The notes: generated by a model not told the origin, from the letters alone. Positions 1 to 16,120 are shown, numbered from the stretch's first letter. The stretch: 53,459 nucleotides of DNA from Prorocentrum cordatum (GCA_963575745.1 CAUYUJ010000316.1:62001-115459); one strand, 5' to 3'. Numbers and translations are program-made.

Positions 1-4238
<4,238 letters not shown>

Positions 4239-6010
4239 GTTTGTTCCAGGTGGGAGTTACCGTGGCGACTTCTGCCTGCGCGGGAATGCATTCCCTTAAG
4301 GGATACGAATCTTTCCAGATCTAACATGTTTTTCTTTTACATCGAACGGCCAGCGCGGGCCACAGTAACTCCCATCCGGCCGCGCGACGGGCCACACTAA
4401 CACCCAACGGGCCACACGAACATCCAACGGGCCACAGTAACAGCCGATCGCTGGGGCCCCGTGCAGGCGTCCTCTCCAGGGGCCTCCTGGTTCCGGGGCA
4501 CCCAAGGACGAGACGGTCTCAACCTGTGGGCTCACGAACATCGGCGGCGAGCGAAGGGGGGAGCGAGAAGGAGTGGGCTTTTGTCAAAAGGCGTCGGGAC
4601 TTCTCAGAAACCCTCGCGCCTTCTGAGAAGATGTCAGTGTATTGTTGTTCCGGGAAGGCTTGGACAACTTCCCAGAACGCCAAAAGGGGGCTTCCGAGAC
4701 TTCCGAGGAGGTGTTTTTGTTTTTTTCTTTTTCGCTTCCCCGCCGGGCTCGCCGCCGAAGACAATAGATCCCCCAACCTCCAGGGGCACGATCTTCGCCC
4801 CGCCCGCAGACGCCCTCCACGAAGCCGGAGCCGAGGAACTGACGCGTCGCTGGAGGTCCTGCCCCGAGGGGCGCAAGGCCTCCCCGAGTGCGCCCCGCTG
4901 CCCACGCCGCCGGCCGTGGGCGAAACACATCTGCGCGTCCGCGGCTTCTTGCGCCCAACGCGGGAACGGGGGCGGCGGGACAGGGGGAGGGCGGCGAGGG
5001 CGGGAGGCGCGAGAAGCGCGAGGAGGAGGATGAGGGAGGGGAGAGGGGGGTGAGCGAGGAAAACAAAGGAGGAGAGAGGAGGGTGAGGAGGAGGAGGGGG
5101 GAGGAGGAGGGGGAGGAAGAAACAGACAACGAGGAGGAGGAGGAGGAGGAGGAGGAGGAGGACGGGGAATGAAGACGGGACACGAGGCGGACCCGCCGCG
5201 CGCCTCCGCGGCAGCGCGCGACGGCGGCGGCGGCACCCAGGCCGCCAAGGCGGCGGGCGGCGGGCCAGGGGGCGGGGCGGGCGGCGGGCCAGGGGGCAAG
5301 GCGGGCTGCATCCCCGCGCCCAGCAAGGGGCCTCCCGGCGGGGGTTCCACCCCGTCCTCCTCCTCTTCCTTCTCCTCCTCCTCCTCATCCTCCTCCATAT
5401 CCTCCCCCTCCCCCTGTCCGTCCGTCCTCCTCCTCCTCCACCTTTTCCTCCTCCTCGCGCTTCCTTCTACAACCCTGAAAACGAACGTCTGAAGTGTCCA
5501 CATTAGACGTGGGTCGCAAGAGGGAATGGCGCATCGAAAACGTCACTCTCTAGCCACGCATGTGGGCGGCGTCAATATTTAGGCATGCGTTCTCAACTGG
5601 CATGGGGGCACAACAAGGTGAGACAGCAAAAACGCTGCCGGGGGACACTCGCTGGTAGACGATATCATGGCTCCTGGCGGCCGCGAGGCATTACATCTTT
5701 TTGAATACGGCCTCGTTTCCGAATAGAAAGGCAAGGAGAACGCGGCCACCCCCCGCTGCCGTTCTTGAGCAGCAATGTTGTGCACCAGTTGGAACGCCTG
5801 GTCGATGGCAAATGCGTCCCGATGCTGGTGTTCGAAAGCGGCCATCTGGAACGCAACGCCAGATATGTCTTCGCGCGGCAACCGATTGACTCGACACAAG
5901 ATTCTTTCGCGCGAACGGCCTCAGCGCCGCTCTTGAGGGCCCGGCGGTGAGAGGCGTCGCCATACCAGCTCAGGGCGCCTTCGCGCCTGTTTCCTGGGCC
6001 TGCCCCGCCA

Positions 6011-6573
6011 CGGGCGATAATAATCACCGGGGAATAATAAAGTTCTGGGGTCCGACTGGGATAATAATGGACGTTCCCGGGGAAGTTAAGTTAAGTTATG
6101 AGGATGATGATGATGATGCTGCTGCTGCTGATGTGGAACATGCTGATGATGATGATGATGACGATGGTGATCCTGGGCGCTCGGCACAAGAAGTTCTCGA
6201 TGCTCGTGGCTGCACAACTTGCCAGCGCAAGAGAGGTCCTTGGCCGTTTTGGCCAAGAAACCTGTCTTGCGCTGGACTTCGAACCACTCCCCCATGCAAG
6301 TTCGGCATCATGTGGAGCCGTCCTTGCATGTGAGAATCCCACAACCCTGCCACACGCTCGCGGCTGCGGAAGCTAATGTGGTGAGACCACCATGGCCACG
6401 CTCAGCGTGTTTGATGCTGTTGCTCGTCAACATGGGATGCTAGCAACTTCGATTCGCAATTTCCCCCGTGGATTATAAAGTCCGGCCTCCGCGTCCATGA
6501 CCACATTTAATCCTGTTGAACGGGCATAATAGAAATAGAAAAGGGTTCAGGGGGTATGATTTATTATCGCCCG
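6011..6573. mobile_element. TIR-bounded element (13-bp TIR CGGGCGATAATAA) with complex internal sequence
   Basis: CGGGCGATAATAA at 6011-6023 and its exact reverse complement at 6561-6573; CA on both flanks. Confidence 0.6.
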
Positions 6574-6642
6574 CACTCGGTCAGCCTTGAGGCTGACAAG
6601 GCGCGTGGCCATGCCCAGAACGAATGTGCGCTTCTCGCGATG

Positions 6643-6705
6643 CTACCGAGAAACATCACCTTTTCCGTGCCGCTGGAGCCTCACCACGTCAGCATCAAGC
6701 TCTTC
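6643..6705 (-). CDS. Putative terminal exon of the P-loop/AAA-like gene (EELDADVVRLQRHGKGDVSR*)
   Basis: AAG|GAA acceptor; phase matches the upstream CAG|GC donor at 6808 (102-bp GC-AG intron); TAG at 6643-6645. Confidence 0.5.
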   Translation of the reverse strand, partial: EELDADVVRLQRHGKGDVSR

Positions 6706-6807
6706 CTTGGCGCAGGGTTTGCTCCGTCGGCACAGAGCACGAACCATCCGCACCACCTTCAACGGGCGGCTGCTCGCTGGGCGACTCCCCCTTCTCGCGC
6801 GCCCAGC

Positions 6808-7054
6808 CTGAAGGGGCTTCACAACAAAGCGGATGCGGAACTCGCCTTTGGAGTTCTTGTGCCCGTGGTCCACGATGATGGCCCTGTCGACGTCCAAGGT
6901 CACAAACTCGAGTAAATTCGTCATGAGGCTGTTCCGCATAGTCGGCTCCCAGACTGGGAACAGGCAAATCTGCATGATGAACTTGTCTTTGTGGCTGCAC
7001 AGCTTGACGGCGCCTTGCCGGCAATTCGCCAGTTCCTGAATGATCCACTGGAGC
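6808..7054 (-). CDS. Exon of the P-loop/AAA-like gene (LQWIIQELANC...FRIRFVVKPLQ)
   Basis: Strong G/C third-position bias, globular composition, CCAG|G acceptor and CAG|GC donor. Confidence 0.75.
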
Positions 7055-7426
7055 CTGGCTGCAAGGACCACGGCGTGCGGGAGGGCAAAGGGGGAAACAG
7101 CGGTTCGCAAGTGCAAGCAGTTGTCCTCCTCAGGCAAACGCCTGAGCCCCAGGGCGTTCCTCCTCCTCCTCCTTCCCATTCTCCTCCTCATCATCATCAT
7201 CCTCTTACCTCTTACCTATCTTTACGGCCGAGTCCGCATTGCGGGGCCCCACTTCAAATCAGTTAAGGAATTCCGATATTCTCGAATAGGCCCCACAGCT
7301 CGACAGGAGACCACGAATCCGTTGCGTGTGACACCGCATACAGGCGTGGTACCCGAGAGCCCAGCTGCAAACTTTCGCCCCTCAGAACAAACGAGTCCAT
7401 CCCAATCTGTGCGAAGTGGTGAAACG

Positions 7427-7648
7427 TCAGACCTGCTGGTTCCCTGACCGCCGCACTTCAGGGCGCACGCAGGCCTCGCAGAAGACATGACTGCCATCGC
7501 AATCGGATTCAACCTAAGGGAACGTGCCAATCCCAAACTCGATGTCGCACCGACAGCCATCGCACTGGACAAGCCAGTCGTCCCACACGTCTTTGACCAG
7601 CTCGTGCCCCTCTGAGCAACTCCTGAAGGCTTTGTGCGCAGAGCTCTC
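7427..7648 (-). pseudogene. Degenerate zinc-finger coding remnant (CSEGHEL..CDGC..C..CEAC; ZZ/C1-like) with in-frame TAG
   Basis: Manual translation ESSAHKAFRSCSEGHELVKDVWDDWLVQCDGCRCDIEFGIGTFP*VESDCDGSHVFCEACVRPE; TAG at 7514-7516; this frame is absent from the ORF track. Confidence 0.55.
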
Positions 7649-7679
7649 CTGTCAGGACGGCGTGGCCTCACTCTCGGAG

Positions 7680-8055
7680 TCACCCTCCTCCTCCCACCTC
7701 TCCTCCTCCCTTTCCTCATACTTCTCCTCATCCTCCCTCCTCATCCTCCCCCTGTTCCTCCTCCCTCTCTTCTTCCTCCTTTTTCTCCTCCTCCTCCTAT
7801 TCCATTATTATAATTATTATTATTATCATTATTCCTCCTCCTCCTCCTCCTTCTCCTCCTCCTCCTCCCCGTCCTCCCCGTCCTCCCCGTCCTCCCCCTT
7901 CTCCTCCTCCTCCTCCTCCCTCCTCCTCCTCCTCCTCCCGCTCCTCTCCTCCTCCTCCCCCCTGCTCCTCCTCCTCCTCCTCCTCCTCCTCCTCCTCCTC
8001 CTCCTCCTCCTCCTCCTCCTCCTCCTCCTCCTCCTCCCCCTCCTCCTCCCCCCCC
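7680..8055. repeat. (CCT)n microsatellite with an internal (ATT)n patch
   Basis: Visible repeat. Confidence 0.95.
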
Positions 8056-8865
8056 GTTCTCCCCCACGTCTTCGTCCAAAGGGTTCCACACAGCTGCGGG
8101 AACACATCATCCAATAGCTTGGCCAGGCTTCGGCGCGACGTTTGGCCATCCATGTGGGCGTTTCCAAAAGGCAGGGGGCGGCGGTGATTCGCCGTAGGCG
8201 TCTTCGATCGGCCGCCCCCTGTTGGTTCGCCACAAGGGCGCATGGCGTGCCAAAGTTCAGGTTCCCAATGGGGTATCGGCCTGACAAGCCGGCCGCGTGG
8301 AAGCAGTACCGACCATCGGCCGTCTCGCCGAAGATGGTCCCCAGATGGCTCCACCACGCCCACAATGGCCCAAGCTGGCCTCCAGGACGGCTCAGATGGG
8401 CTCCAAACCGTTCACACGACGCCTCCAGGTCTGACACGATGGCCCCAAGAGAGAGAGAGAGAACCAAAGATGGCCTCCCGATGCCTCCAGGACAGCCTAA
8501 GAGGCCGCCAACACGCCCCAAGAGCCGCAACACGCCCCAAGAGAGCTCCAAGAGGACCTCTGCCAAACTTACTTCTTGATTTTCGATGCTTCAATGGTGT
8601 AAGCACCCTCGCCGTTTCGGGCGTCCGACGCTCAAAGACGGCCCCATCGACCCCCGAGATCGCCCCAACACTGCCCAAGAGTCTCTCCAGGGGCCCGCAC
8701 GAAGGCCGAGGAGGCCCCACGACGGCCCAACAGGCCACCATGACGGCCCCAAGACAGCCCCCACATCGACCTACAAGACGACCCTAAAACGCCCAGCGTT
8801 TCGCCTGAGACTTCCTCACTGTTTATGATCCCGGAACTTAGAGTTTGCAGTAATTTCAAATATGT

Positions 8866-9422
8866 AGGGCGGTCCGCTTTCAAAAAGTGACTTTCGCCTC
8901 AGCGCAACGCAAGGTTTTCACGGATGGACGGCGGCTCTCTCTCAAAATCTGGCCTCGCCTTCGCGCGGCTCACGCTCGTTTTAAACATCTGCAAGGGCTT
9001 CACGGATGGAGGGCTCCCCCGCTTTCAAATGTGGCTCTCGCTCCAGCGCCACGAACACACCATCTAAAACATCGCAAAGATCTTCGCGGATGGAGGGCGG
9101 GTCTCTTTCAACTTGTGGCGCTCGCCTTAGCACCGAGTACATTCGATTTTGAACAATTGCAAGAAGGTACCGGATGGAGATCGGCCCACTTTCAAAACAT
9201 AACTATCGCCTCGGCGCCAGGCACACTCGTTTTGAACACTGCAACCGCTTCACGGATGGAGGGCGGTCCGCTTTCAAAATGTGGCACTCGCCTTATCGCC
9301 GTGCGCAGTCGTTTCAAATATTTGCAGGAGCTTCGCGGATGGAGGGCGGTTCTCTTTCAAAATCTGGTTCTCGCCTTAGCGCCGCGCACATTCGCCTCAA
9401 GACTTTGCAACAGTTTCAAGGG
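8866..9422. repeat. Diverged ~83-bp tandem repeat, ~6.5 units (core CGGATGGAGGGCGG..CTTTCAAAATGTGG..CTCGCCTTAGCGCC)
   Basis: Units start near 8919, 9001, 9085, 9170, 9251 and 9334. Confidence 0.9.
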
Positions 9423-9543
9423 ATCTCATGGTTAACGTTCCAGAAATTGTGTTTTGGCGCGATGTCGGAATGTCAGGGCGCAACAGTCACGTTGACCCGC
9501 GGCGTTCGAGCCCCAAGAATTGTGTTATGGAGCGACTCAGGAC

Positions 9544-9649
9544 CGTGAAGACGCAACAATGTAGCTGATTCGCAGTGTTCTGGCACAGCTCTGAATTTCC
9601 AATCGGTTGTCTTCAACCAGCGGGCCACTTCCCTGAGTGGGAGTACATC
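9544..9649 (-). CDS. Candidate exon (DVLPLREVARWLKTTDWKFRAVPEHCESATLLRLH), gene unassigned
   Basis: Unique sequence, AAG|GAT acceptor and G|GT donor; phase compatible with candidate exon 12059-12190. Confidence 0.3.
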
Positions 9650-9865
9650 CTTAGAGGGGCCTTTGATCGGAGAACTTGGAGGGAGGGTTTCTTGCAAGGT
9701 CACTGATGAGTCTTGAGCTTACAGTGGTCATCCTCCTCCTCCACGACCCCATTTTCCTGCTCGTCGTCCTCCTCCTCCTCCTCCTCCTCCTCCATCTCCT
9801 CCTCCTCCTCCTCCTGTTCCTCCTCCTCCTCCTCCTCCTCCTCCTTGATCCATTCCCTGCAACTT

Positions 9866-9882
9866 TTTTGGCTCAAGCCATT
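9866..9882 (+). other. Dinoflagellate spliced-leader relic (TTTTGGCTCAAG followed by CCATT)
   Basis: Matches the 3' 12 nt of dinoSL DCCGTAGCCATTTTGGCTCAAG plus the start of a second CCATTTTGGCTCAAG-type unit. Confidence 0.6.
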
Positions 9883-10005
9883 CAGCTGGACGGGTCCGGC
9901 CGCGGCAGTCCCAGCGCGACCCAAGTAACTTAGAATGCTTAGGATGGCCAGCCGCGCAACGCGGGGTGCCGCAGAGCTCTCTTCAAAACGGGAACCCAAG
10001 ACTTA

Positions 10006-10177
10006 CGGGCGAAGAACTGTATAAAATAAACTTTTTCGCCGTCGGGGACACCGGCCCCAGGGCGGCTGGAAAGTTTATACCCCTAACGGTGGTACCATAG
10101 GGGAATAAACTTTCCAGCCGCCCTGGGACAGGCGCCCCCGACAGCGAAAACATTTATTTTATACCGTTCTTCGCCCG
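10006..10177. mobile_element. 172-bp foldback MITE with TTA target-site duplication (PIF/Harbinger/Tourist-like)
   Basis: CGGGCGAAGAAC...GTTCTTCGCCCG with near-complete ~80-bp arms; TTA at 10003-10005 and 10178-10180. Confidence 0.88.
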
Positions 10178-10969
10178 TTAAGACACAGGAGGGTTGGGGA
10201 AAACGGCGCAGCCATGATTGCTCGGCGGTGCACGCGGAGGTCTTGGATCGGTGTTGGGCCACCCTCTCCCTGGCCTGCCGCGCGAAGCGCGCCAGGGGTG
10301 GCGCCGGAGGCGCCGCCAGGGGGGCCCAGAGCCGATCCAAGACATCCGCGCGAGGCTCCGACCCCAGCGGCGGGCGGGACCAACAGCGGCGCCGGCGGCG
10401 ACTGCGACGACGTCGACGACGGCGGCGCCATCGTCGCCGTCCGCGTTGTCGCCGGCGGCGTCGTCGCCGCCGTCGTCGCCGTCGCCGCCGTCGCCGCCCG
10501 CGCCGCCGGCGCCGCCAGCGGCGGCGGCGGCGGCGGAGGCCCCACCAGCCGCCGCCGCGGCGTTGGCACCGCGTGCCGGGGGCGCCGGCGCGGCGCCGCG
10601 CGCCGCGCGCGGTGCCCGTGGCCCCCGCGGGGGCCGCGGCGCGGGGCACATGCCTCGAGCCGCTGGCGGGGAAGGCCTCGGCGGCGGCGGCGCGGTCGCG
10701 GCCGCGCTTGGGGGACGCCCTGGTTCCACGTTTTGGGGGCTCCTGGGAAGGCTTCGTCTGAACTATGAAAAGGGCTATGAATAAGACGCAGCCATGAAGA
10801 GGACAACATCGGGTGATGGTAGATCGGGAATCTCTGAGATCCCTTGGTTCTGGGAGATGTCTCGGGCGCCGTGGCCTTCTCAAAGCGATCCGGAACGCTC
10901 TGAAAGCGTTCCGGAAAAAATTGGAACGGAGTTCTCCTCGTCCGAGCCCAGTTCAAATTATTTCTACTG

Positions 10970-11002
10970 GTACGACGACGACGACTACTACTACTACTAC
11001 TA

Positions 11003-11034
<32 letters not shown>

Positions 11035-11197
11035 ACGACTACGACTACGACTACGACTACGACTACGACTACGACGACTACGACAACGACAACGACTACG
11101 ACTACGACTACGACTACGACTACGACTACGACTACGACTTCGACTACGACTACGACTCCGACTACGACTACGACTACGACTACGACTACGACTATAT

Positions 11198-11272
<75 letters not shown>

Positions 11273-11277
11273 TACTT

Positions 11278-11367
<90 letters not shown>
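10970..11367. repeat. (GACTAC)n changing to (CTA)n microsatellite
   Basis: Visible repeat. Confidence 0.97.
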
Positions 11368-12058
11368 GCTTCGGCGGCGACTGCACCTGCGGCTGAGGGG
11401 GCCCTGACAAACACATTGAGATATCGCTATATACATATAAACGTAGAGAGAGAGAGAGAGAGAGAAGGAAAGAGAAACAACAAAGAAAGAAAGAGAGGAA
11501 TCTATATATATATATATATATATATATAGAGAAACAAACAACAGAGAAAGAGAGAGAGAGAGACACGGAGGGAGAGTTGGAAAGGAGCTGGAGGCACAGG
11601 CACACGGGGGGGGCGAGGACTGCGAGACGGAGGGCGGAGGGACGATGGGCGAGGAGGAGGCGGCGGATCGGCAGCGGGCCCACGCTTTCAGCCGCCGCAA
11701 GCAGGCCATGCACAGTCCAAACGCCGCATCCCCTCCTCCTCCCTCCTCCTCCTCCCTCCTCCTCCTCCTCCTCCTCCTCCTCCTCCTCCTCCTCCTCCTC
11801 CTCCTCCTCCTCCTCCTCCTCCTCTCCCTTCCTCCTCCTGCCTCCTGCCTCCTGCCTCCTGCCTCCTGCCTCCTCCTCCTCCTCCTCCTCCCTCCTCCCT
11901 CTCCTCCCTCCTCCTCCTCCTCCTCCTCCTCCTCCTCCTCCTCCTCGTCCTCCTCGTCCTCCTCGTGAAGTTTGTGTGAAACAGATTCCATGGAAAGATG
12001 AAGGGCAAGTATCTTGAGTTTTGTGAAGCATCGACGTGGTCTGGAGAGCAGTGTCTAC

Positions 12059-12190
12059 CTTGGGGTCTTCGGCCTCCTGCCGATTCACTTCGTGATGAAT
12101 CCGGGTGCAAAAGTCTTCCAGGGGAGGCTCATCAGCGAGGCTCTGTCGAAGGTCCTCGAGTGTTGAGCTTCGCGGGAAGGGTGGAACCTC
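12059..12190 (-). CDS. Candidate exon (EVPPFPRSSTLEDLRQSLADEPPLEDFCTRIHHEVNRQEAEDPK), gene unassigned
   Basis: Unique island, protein-like composition, AG|G acceptor and AAG|GT donor, 44 codons. Confidence 0.35.
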
Positions 12191-12399
12191 CTCTGCACTG
12201 GGCTAGTCTTACTCGACTCCCGTTGAGAGCCTTGTACGGCTAGGTGGCTGGGCCCTCTGGGGCCTGGCGGTGGGGCCTTTTGGCCTCTCTTGCGCTGGCG
12301 TCCGTTTCCGCGGCCTTGGGAGGTTTTTCCCCCCCTCGTTGCGGGGTGCGCGGGGCGAGCAGCCTGTTGAACAGGCTGGTATAGTCAACACCGTCAGCA

Positions 12400-12645
<246 letters not shown>

Positions 12646-13174
12646 CGCAGTCTATCGGCCGCAGACGCCCCCATTCCCCTGCCGGTCGGCGTCCGCCCTG
12701 GACACGGGGAAAGATGGCGAGGAGGGGTGGGGTCGGGAGGGGGCGGGCTGGAGGCCTCCCAGCTGGGGCCCGAGCAGCTGGCGCCGCGCCACATCACCGA
12801 TGCATCGCCGACGCCGGCGGCGAGGATAGACCGTCGGGCGTGGGCCCCGGAAACGTCGAGGACGGCCTCTTACCGGCTCCGTTCTGCCGCTTTGTTGCCG
12901 GCTCCAGCGCAGACGTTGTCCGGTTCCGTCGCTGTATGCTTGCCGCTTCCGGTTCCAGAGGCAACTCCAGAACCTCCAAAACCGTTTTTCGCCGTTTCTG
13001 GTTGCCGTTTTTTTTTACGGTCCCCATGTTCCAGAGACGTGGTTCCGGTTGCCGTGCTCTCCCAATCATCCTGTGGTCTTGGGTCCTCGTTTTGAAGAGA
13101 CAGCGCCCCGCATTCCTCTCCTCTCCTTCCTCCTCCTCCCCCCCTCCCCCTCCCCTCCTCCCTCCCTGCGTTTC

Positions 13175-13897
13175 ACCCACCCAGTACAACGCTTCGTGGC
13201 CGCATAGGGAGTTCCAGAAAGCCCCAGTGCTACCGCCCGCATGCGTCCACCCACCCAGTACAGCGCTTCGCGGCCCCATAGGGAGCTCCACCGAAGGCCC
13301 CAGTGCTACCGCCCGCATGCGTCCAGCCCACATTGTACAGCGCTTCGGGGCGCCATCGAGTACAGCGCTTCGTGTCCCCATAAAGAGCTCCACCGACGGC
13401 CCCAGCGCTACCGCCCGCATGCCACCCCAACCCATTACAGCGCTTCGTGGCCCCACAAGGAGCTCCACCGACGGCCGCAGTGCTACCGCCCGCATGCGCC
13501 CCCCCCACCCAGTACAGCGTTTCGTGGCCCCGTAGAAAACTCCACCGAAGGTCCCTTCGCCACCGGCCGCATGCGCCCCACCCACCCAATACAGCGTTTC
13601 GTGGCCGCACAAGGAGCTCCACCGAAGGTCCCTCTGCTATCGCCCGCGCGCGTCCCCCCCACCCAGTACATCGCTTCGTGCCCACGGGAGTGGGCACTTC
13701 CGACGGCCTCTGTGCTACCGCCCGCATGCGCCCCCCCCTCCCAGTACAGCGCTGCGCGGCCCCATAAGGAGCCCCACCGACGGCCCCAGTGCTACCGCCC
13801 GCATGCGCCCCCCCCCGCCCAATACAGCGTTTCGTGATTCCATACGGAACTCCGCCGAAGGTGCCAACGCTACCGCCCGCATGCGTCCCCCCCACCC
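13175..13897. repeat. ~77-bp minisatellite, ~9-10 units (CCCAGTACAGCGCTTCGTGGCCCCATAGGGAGCTCCACCGAAGGCCCCAGTGCTACCGCCCGCATGCG); degenerate relatives near 39120-39350
   Basis: Unit starts near 13180, 13254, 13431, 13508, 13585, 13662, 13741 and 13819. Confidence 0.93.
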
Positions 13898-15440
13898 GGT
13901 GCCTGGCGCGCGTGGCGCGCCTGGCAAGCGTGGTGCACCTCGCCCCAGCGTCGCGCACATGGGTTTGATTTTGGTTCCCAATAGCTGTCAATCTAGATAT
14001 GACCGCTGAACATGCTGAGGCTCGGGTGATACTGATGCGTTGGGAAGGCGGGTGGGAGTCAGCTGGACGGCTTGCTATATGGAGGATGTTTTGACCCTTC
14101 CCCCCCCGTCCTATGGACTTGGACAGAAGGGTTTCGCGAGGGGTTGGAGCGTCCAAAATGGCCCAAGATGGCTCCAAGAGCACATCGGAGAGCCGGAGAG
14201 CCAAAGATGAGGTCCAATATGGCTCAATGTATTCCAAGATGCCTCATGATGGCTCCCAAGATGATCCAAGAGGCCCCAAGACCGCTCTAAGACAGCTCCA
14301 GATGTCGCCGACGCACCGCCAACGTCTCCAATGCATCGACTAATCATCGGCGATGCATCGGCGATGCGGCGCGATCCTCCGACTCCATCTACTCGGACCC
14401 CATCTGGGAGGCCTAGAAATCGGTGTCTAACGCGTCGAGTCCGTATCCGAATCCGTACCGAATCCGTGCCGAACTCAAGCCGAATCCGCGCCGAGCCCAC
14501 GTCGGAGCACAAGAAGATAACGACGCTTACAGGACAGGAAAGGTCACATGAAGATACAAAGCACGGCCAAACGTAGGACAAAACATCACCCTTCAAACAC
14601 ATGAGACCCTCCGCCGGCCAAACGGAATAACACTCGAAGGCGCAAGAACATCCAGCACACGCGAAAGAACATTAGGGTAATTGCAGTCAACCCACATAGG
14701 AAGGATGAGCGACTTGCATTATTCTCCCTCGGCCCATCCTTGGCGACTTTCGCTGCCCAACGTGGTTCGAACAGCGTTAACGTGGCCCTCCCAAGCCCTT
14801 GCATCCTCATGTCTCGGGCTGACTGTGCCCTCCCCGAACCGACCTCGAATTTGCACCTCGGCCCGACCGTCATTAACCAGCTCGGCCCCCGGGCCAGCAG
14901 GACAGCGGGAAGGATGGAGAAAGGAAATGGGGGACGATGTGCATCAGGAGGAGGCGGAGGAGGAGGACGAGGAGGATGATGAGGAGGAGGTTGAGGAGGA
15001 GGTTGAGGAGGAGGAGGAGGAGGAGGAGGAGGAGGAGGGGGAGGAGGAGGAGGTTGAGGAGGAGGAGGAGGAGGAGGAGGAGGAGAGAGGAGGGGGAGGA
15101 GGAGGAGGAGGAGGAGGAGGAGGAGGAGGAGGAGGGGGAGGAGGAGGAGGTTGAGGAGGAGGAGGAGGAGGAGGAGGAGGACGAGGAGGAGGAGAATGGG
15201 GAGGGAGAGGGGAGGACGAGGAGGAGGAGGGGAATGGGGAGGGAGGAGGGGAGGAGGGGCCCCCTCCCCCGCCAGCAGGTGGCCAGGCTTGCCCCGCCGC
15301 CGGGGGGCCGAGGGCGCCCGATCGGGGCGGCCGAGGGCGGCGGCCGGCGGGGGGCGCGCGAGAGGGGCGAGGAGCGGCGGCGCGGCGGGGGGCGGGGCGG
15401 GAGGGAGGGCGCCCCGCCCAGGGCTCGAGGAGGGCATTTT

Positions 15441-15610
15441 TGAAGGGGCCCCGGGACACACAGATCAAGACACACAAATGAAACGATTCCCCATATTTGC
15501 ATATATTTTTTTGTTTGGTGTTTGTCTTGCCCCCCCCTTCGCATAGGTTTGCATATATTTTCGGGGGAATCGACGATTAATTGTGTCTGTGTGTTTCTTC
15601 CCCTCCTGAA
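15441..15610 (+). mobile_element. ~165-bp dispersed element with CCCATATTT core; further copies at 46437-46603, 48075-48240 and 51141-51305
   Basis: Shared GAAGGGG..GACACACAAATAAATACACACAAATA...CGACGATTAATTGTGTCTGTGTGTTTCTT..CCTCCTGA with imperfect inverted ends. Confidence 0.85.
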
Positions 15611-15799
15611 TTTTCCCCTGTGCAGCGACACGGTCATCAGCGCAGGGCTGGACCTGCACGCTGTGTTTCCTTTTGTTGTCGTGTCGTTTCTTCCTGCGAA
15701 GACGAAGCGCAAAGCACAGCCGAAGTCCAGCAAAACAACGTTTAGGTCCACCTCTGGGTCAACCCGCCAGCAAAACAACGTTTAGGTCCAGCAGCCCGT

Positions 15800-16120
15800 A
15801 AGATAAGCACGCGCGGCATGAGGACGCAGGGGCCTCGGAATGCCATGTGGACACTCCGCGAGCGGGGCGTGGCCAGCGAAGGCGGCCCAGGATGGGCCGA
15901 AGAGGATCAGCACGCACGGTATAAGGATGCAGGGGCCTCGGGAGGCCATGAGAACACTCTGCGGGGGGGGGCGCGGCCAACGAAGGCGGCCCAGGATGGG
16001 CCGAAGAGGATCAGCACGCACGATATAAGGATGCAGGGGCCTCGGAAGGCAATGCGGACACTCTGCGAGCGGGGCGCGGCCAGCGAAAGCGGCCAAGGAT
16101 GAGCAGAATGGGGGGGATGC
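15800..16120. repeat. 104-bp tandem repeat, 3 units; dispersed relatives near 14720-14810 (reverse), 31010-31130, 38545-38650 and 51690-51790
   Basis: AGGA(T/C)GCAGGGGCCTCGG at 15820, 15924 and 16028. Confidence 0.9.

Noticed and set aside
6556..7039. Plus-strand ORFs 6556-6915 and 6833-7039
   Set aside because: They are antisense shadows of the minus-strand exon, which has the G/C third-position bias and the splice sites.
10083..10956. Overlapping GC-rich ORFs in all six frames
   Set aside because: GCC/GGC low-complexity sequence lacks stop codons by composition.
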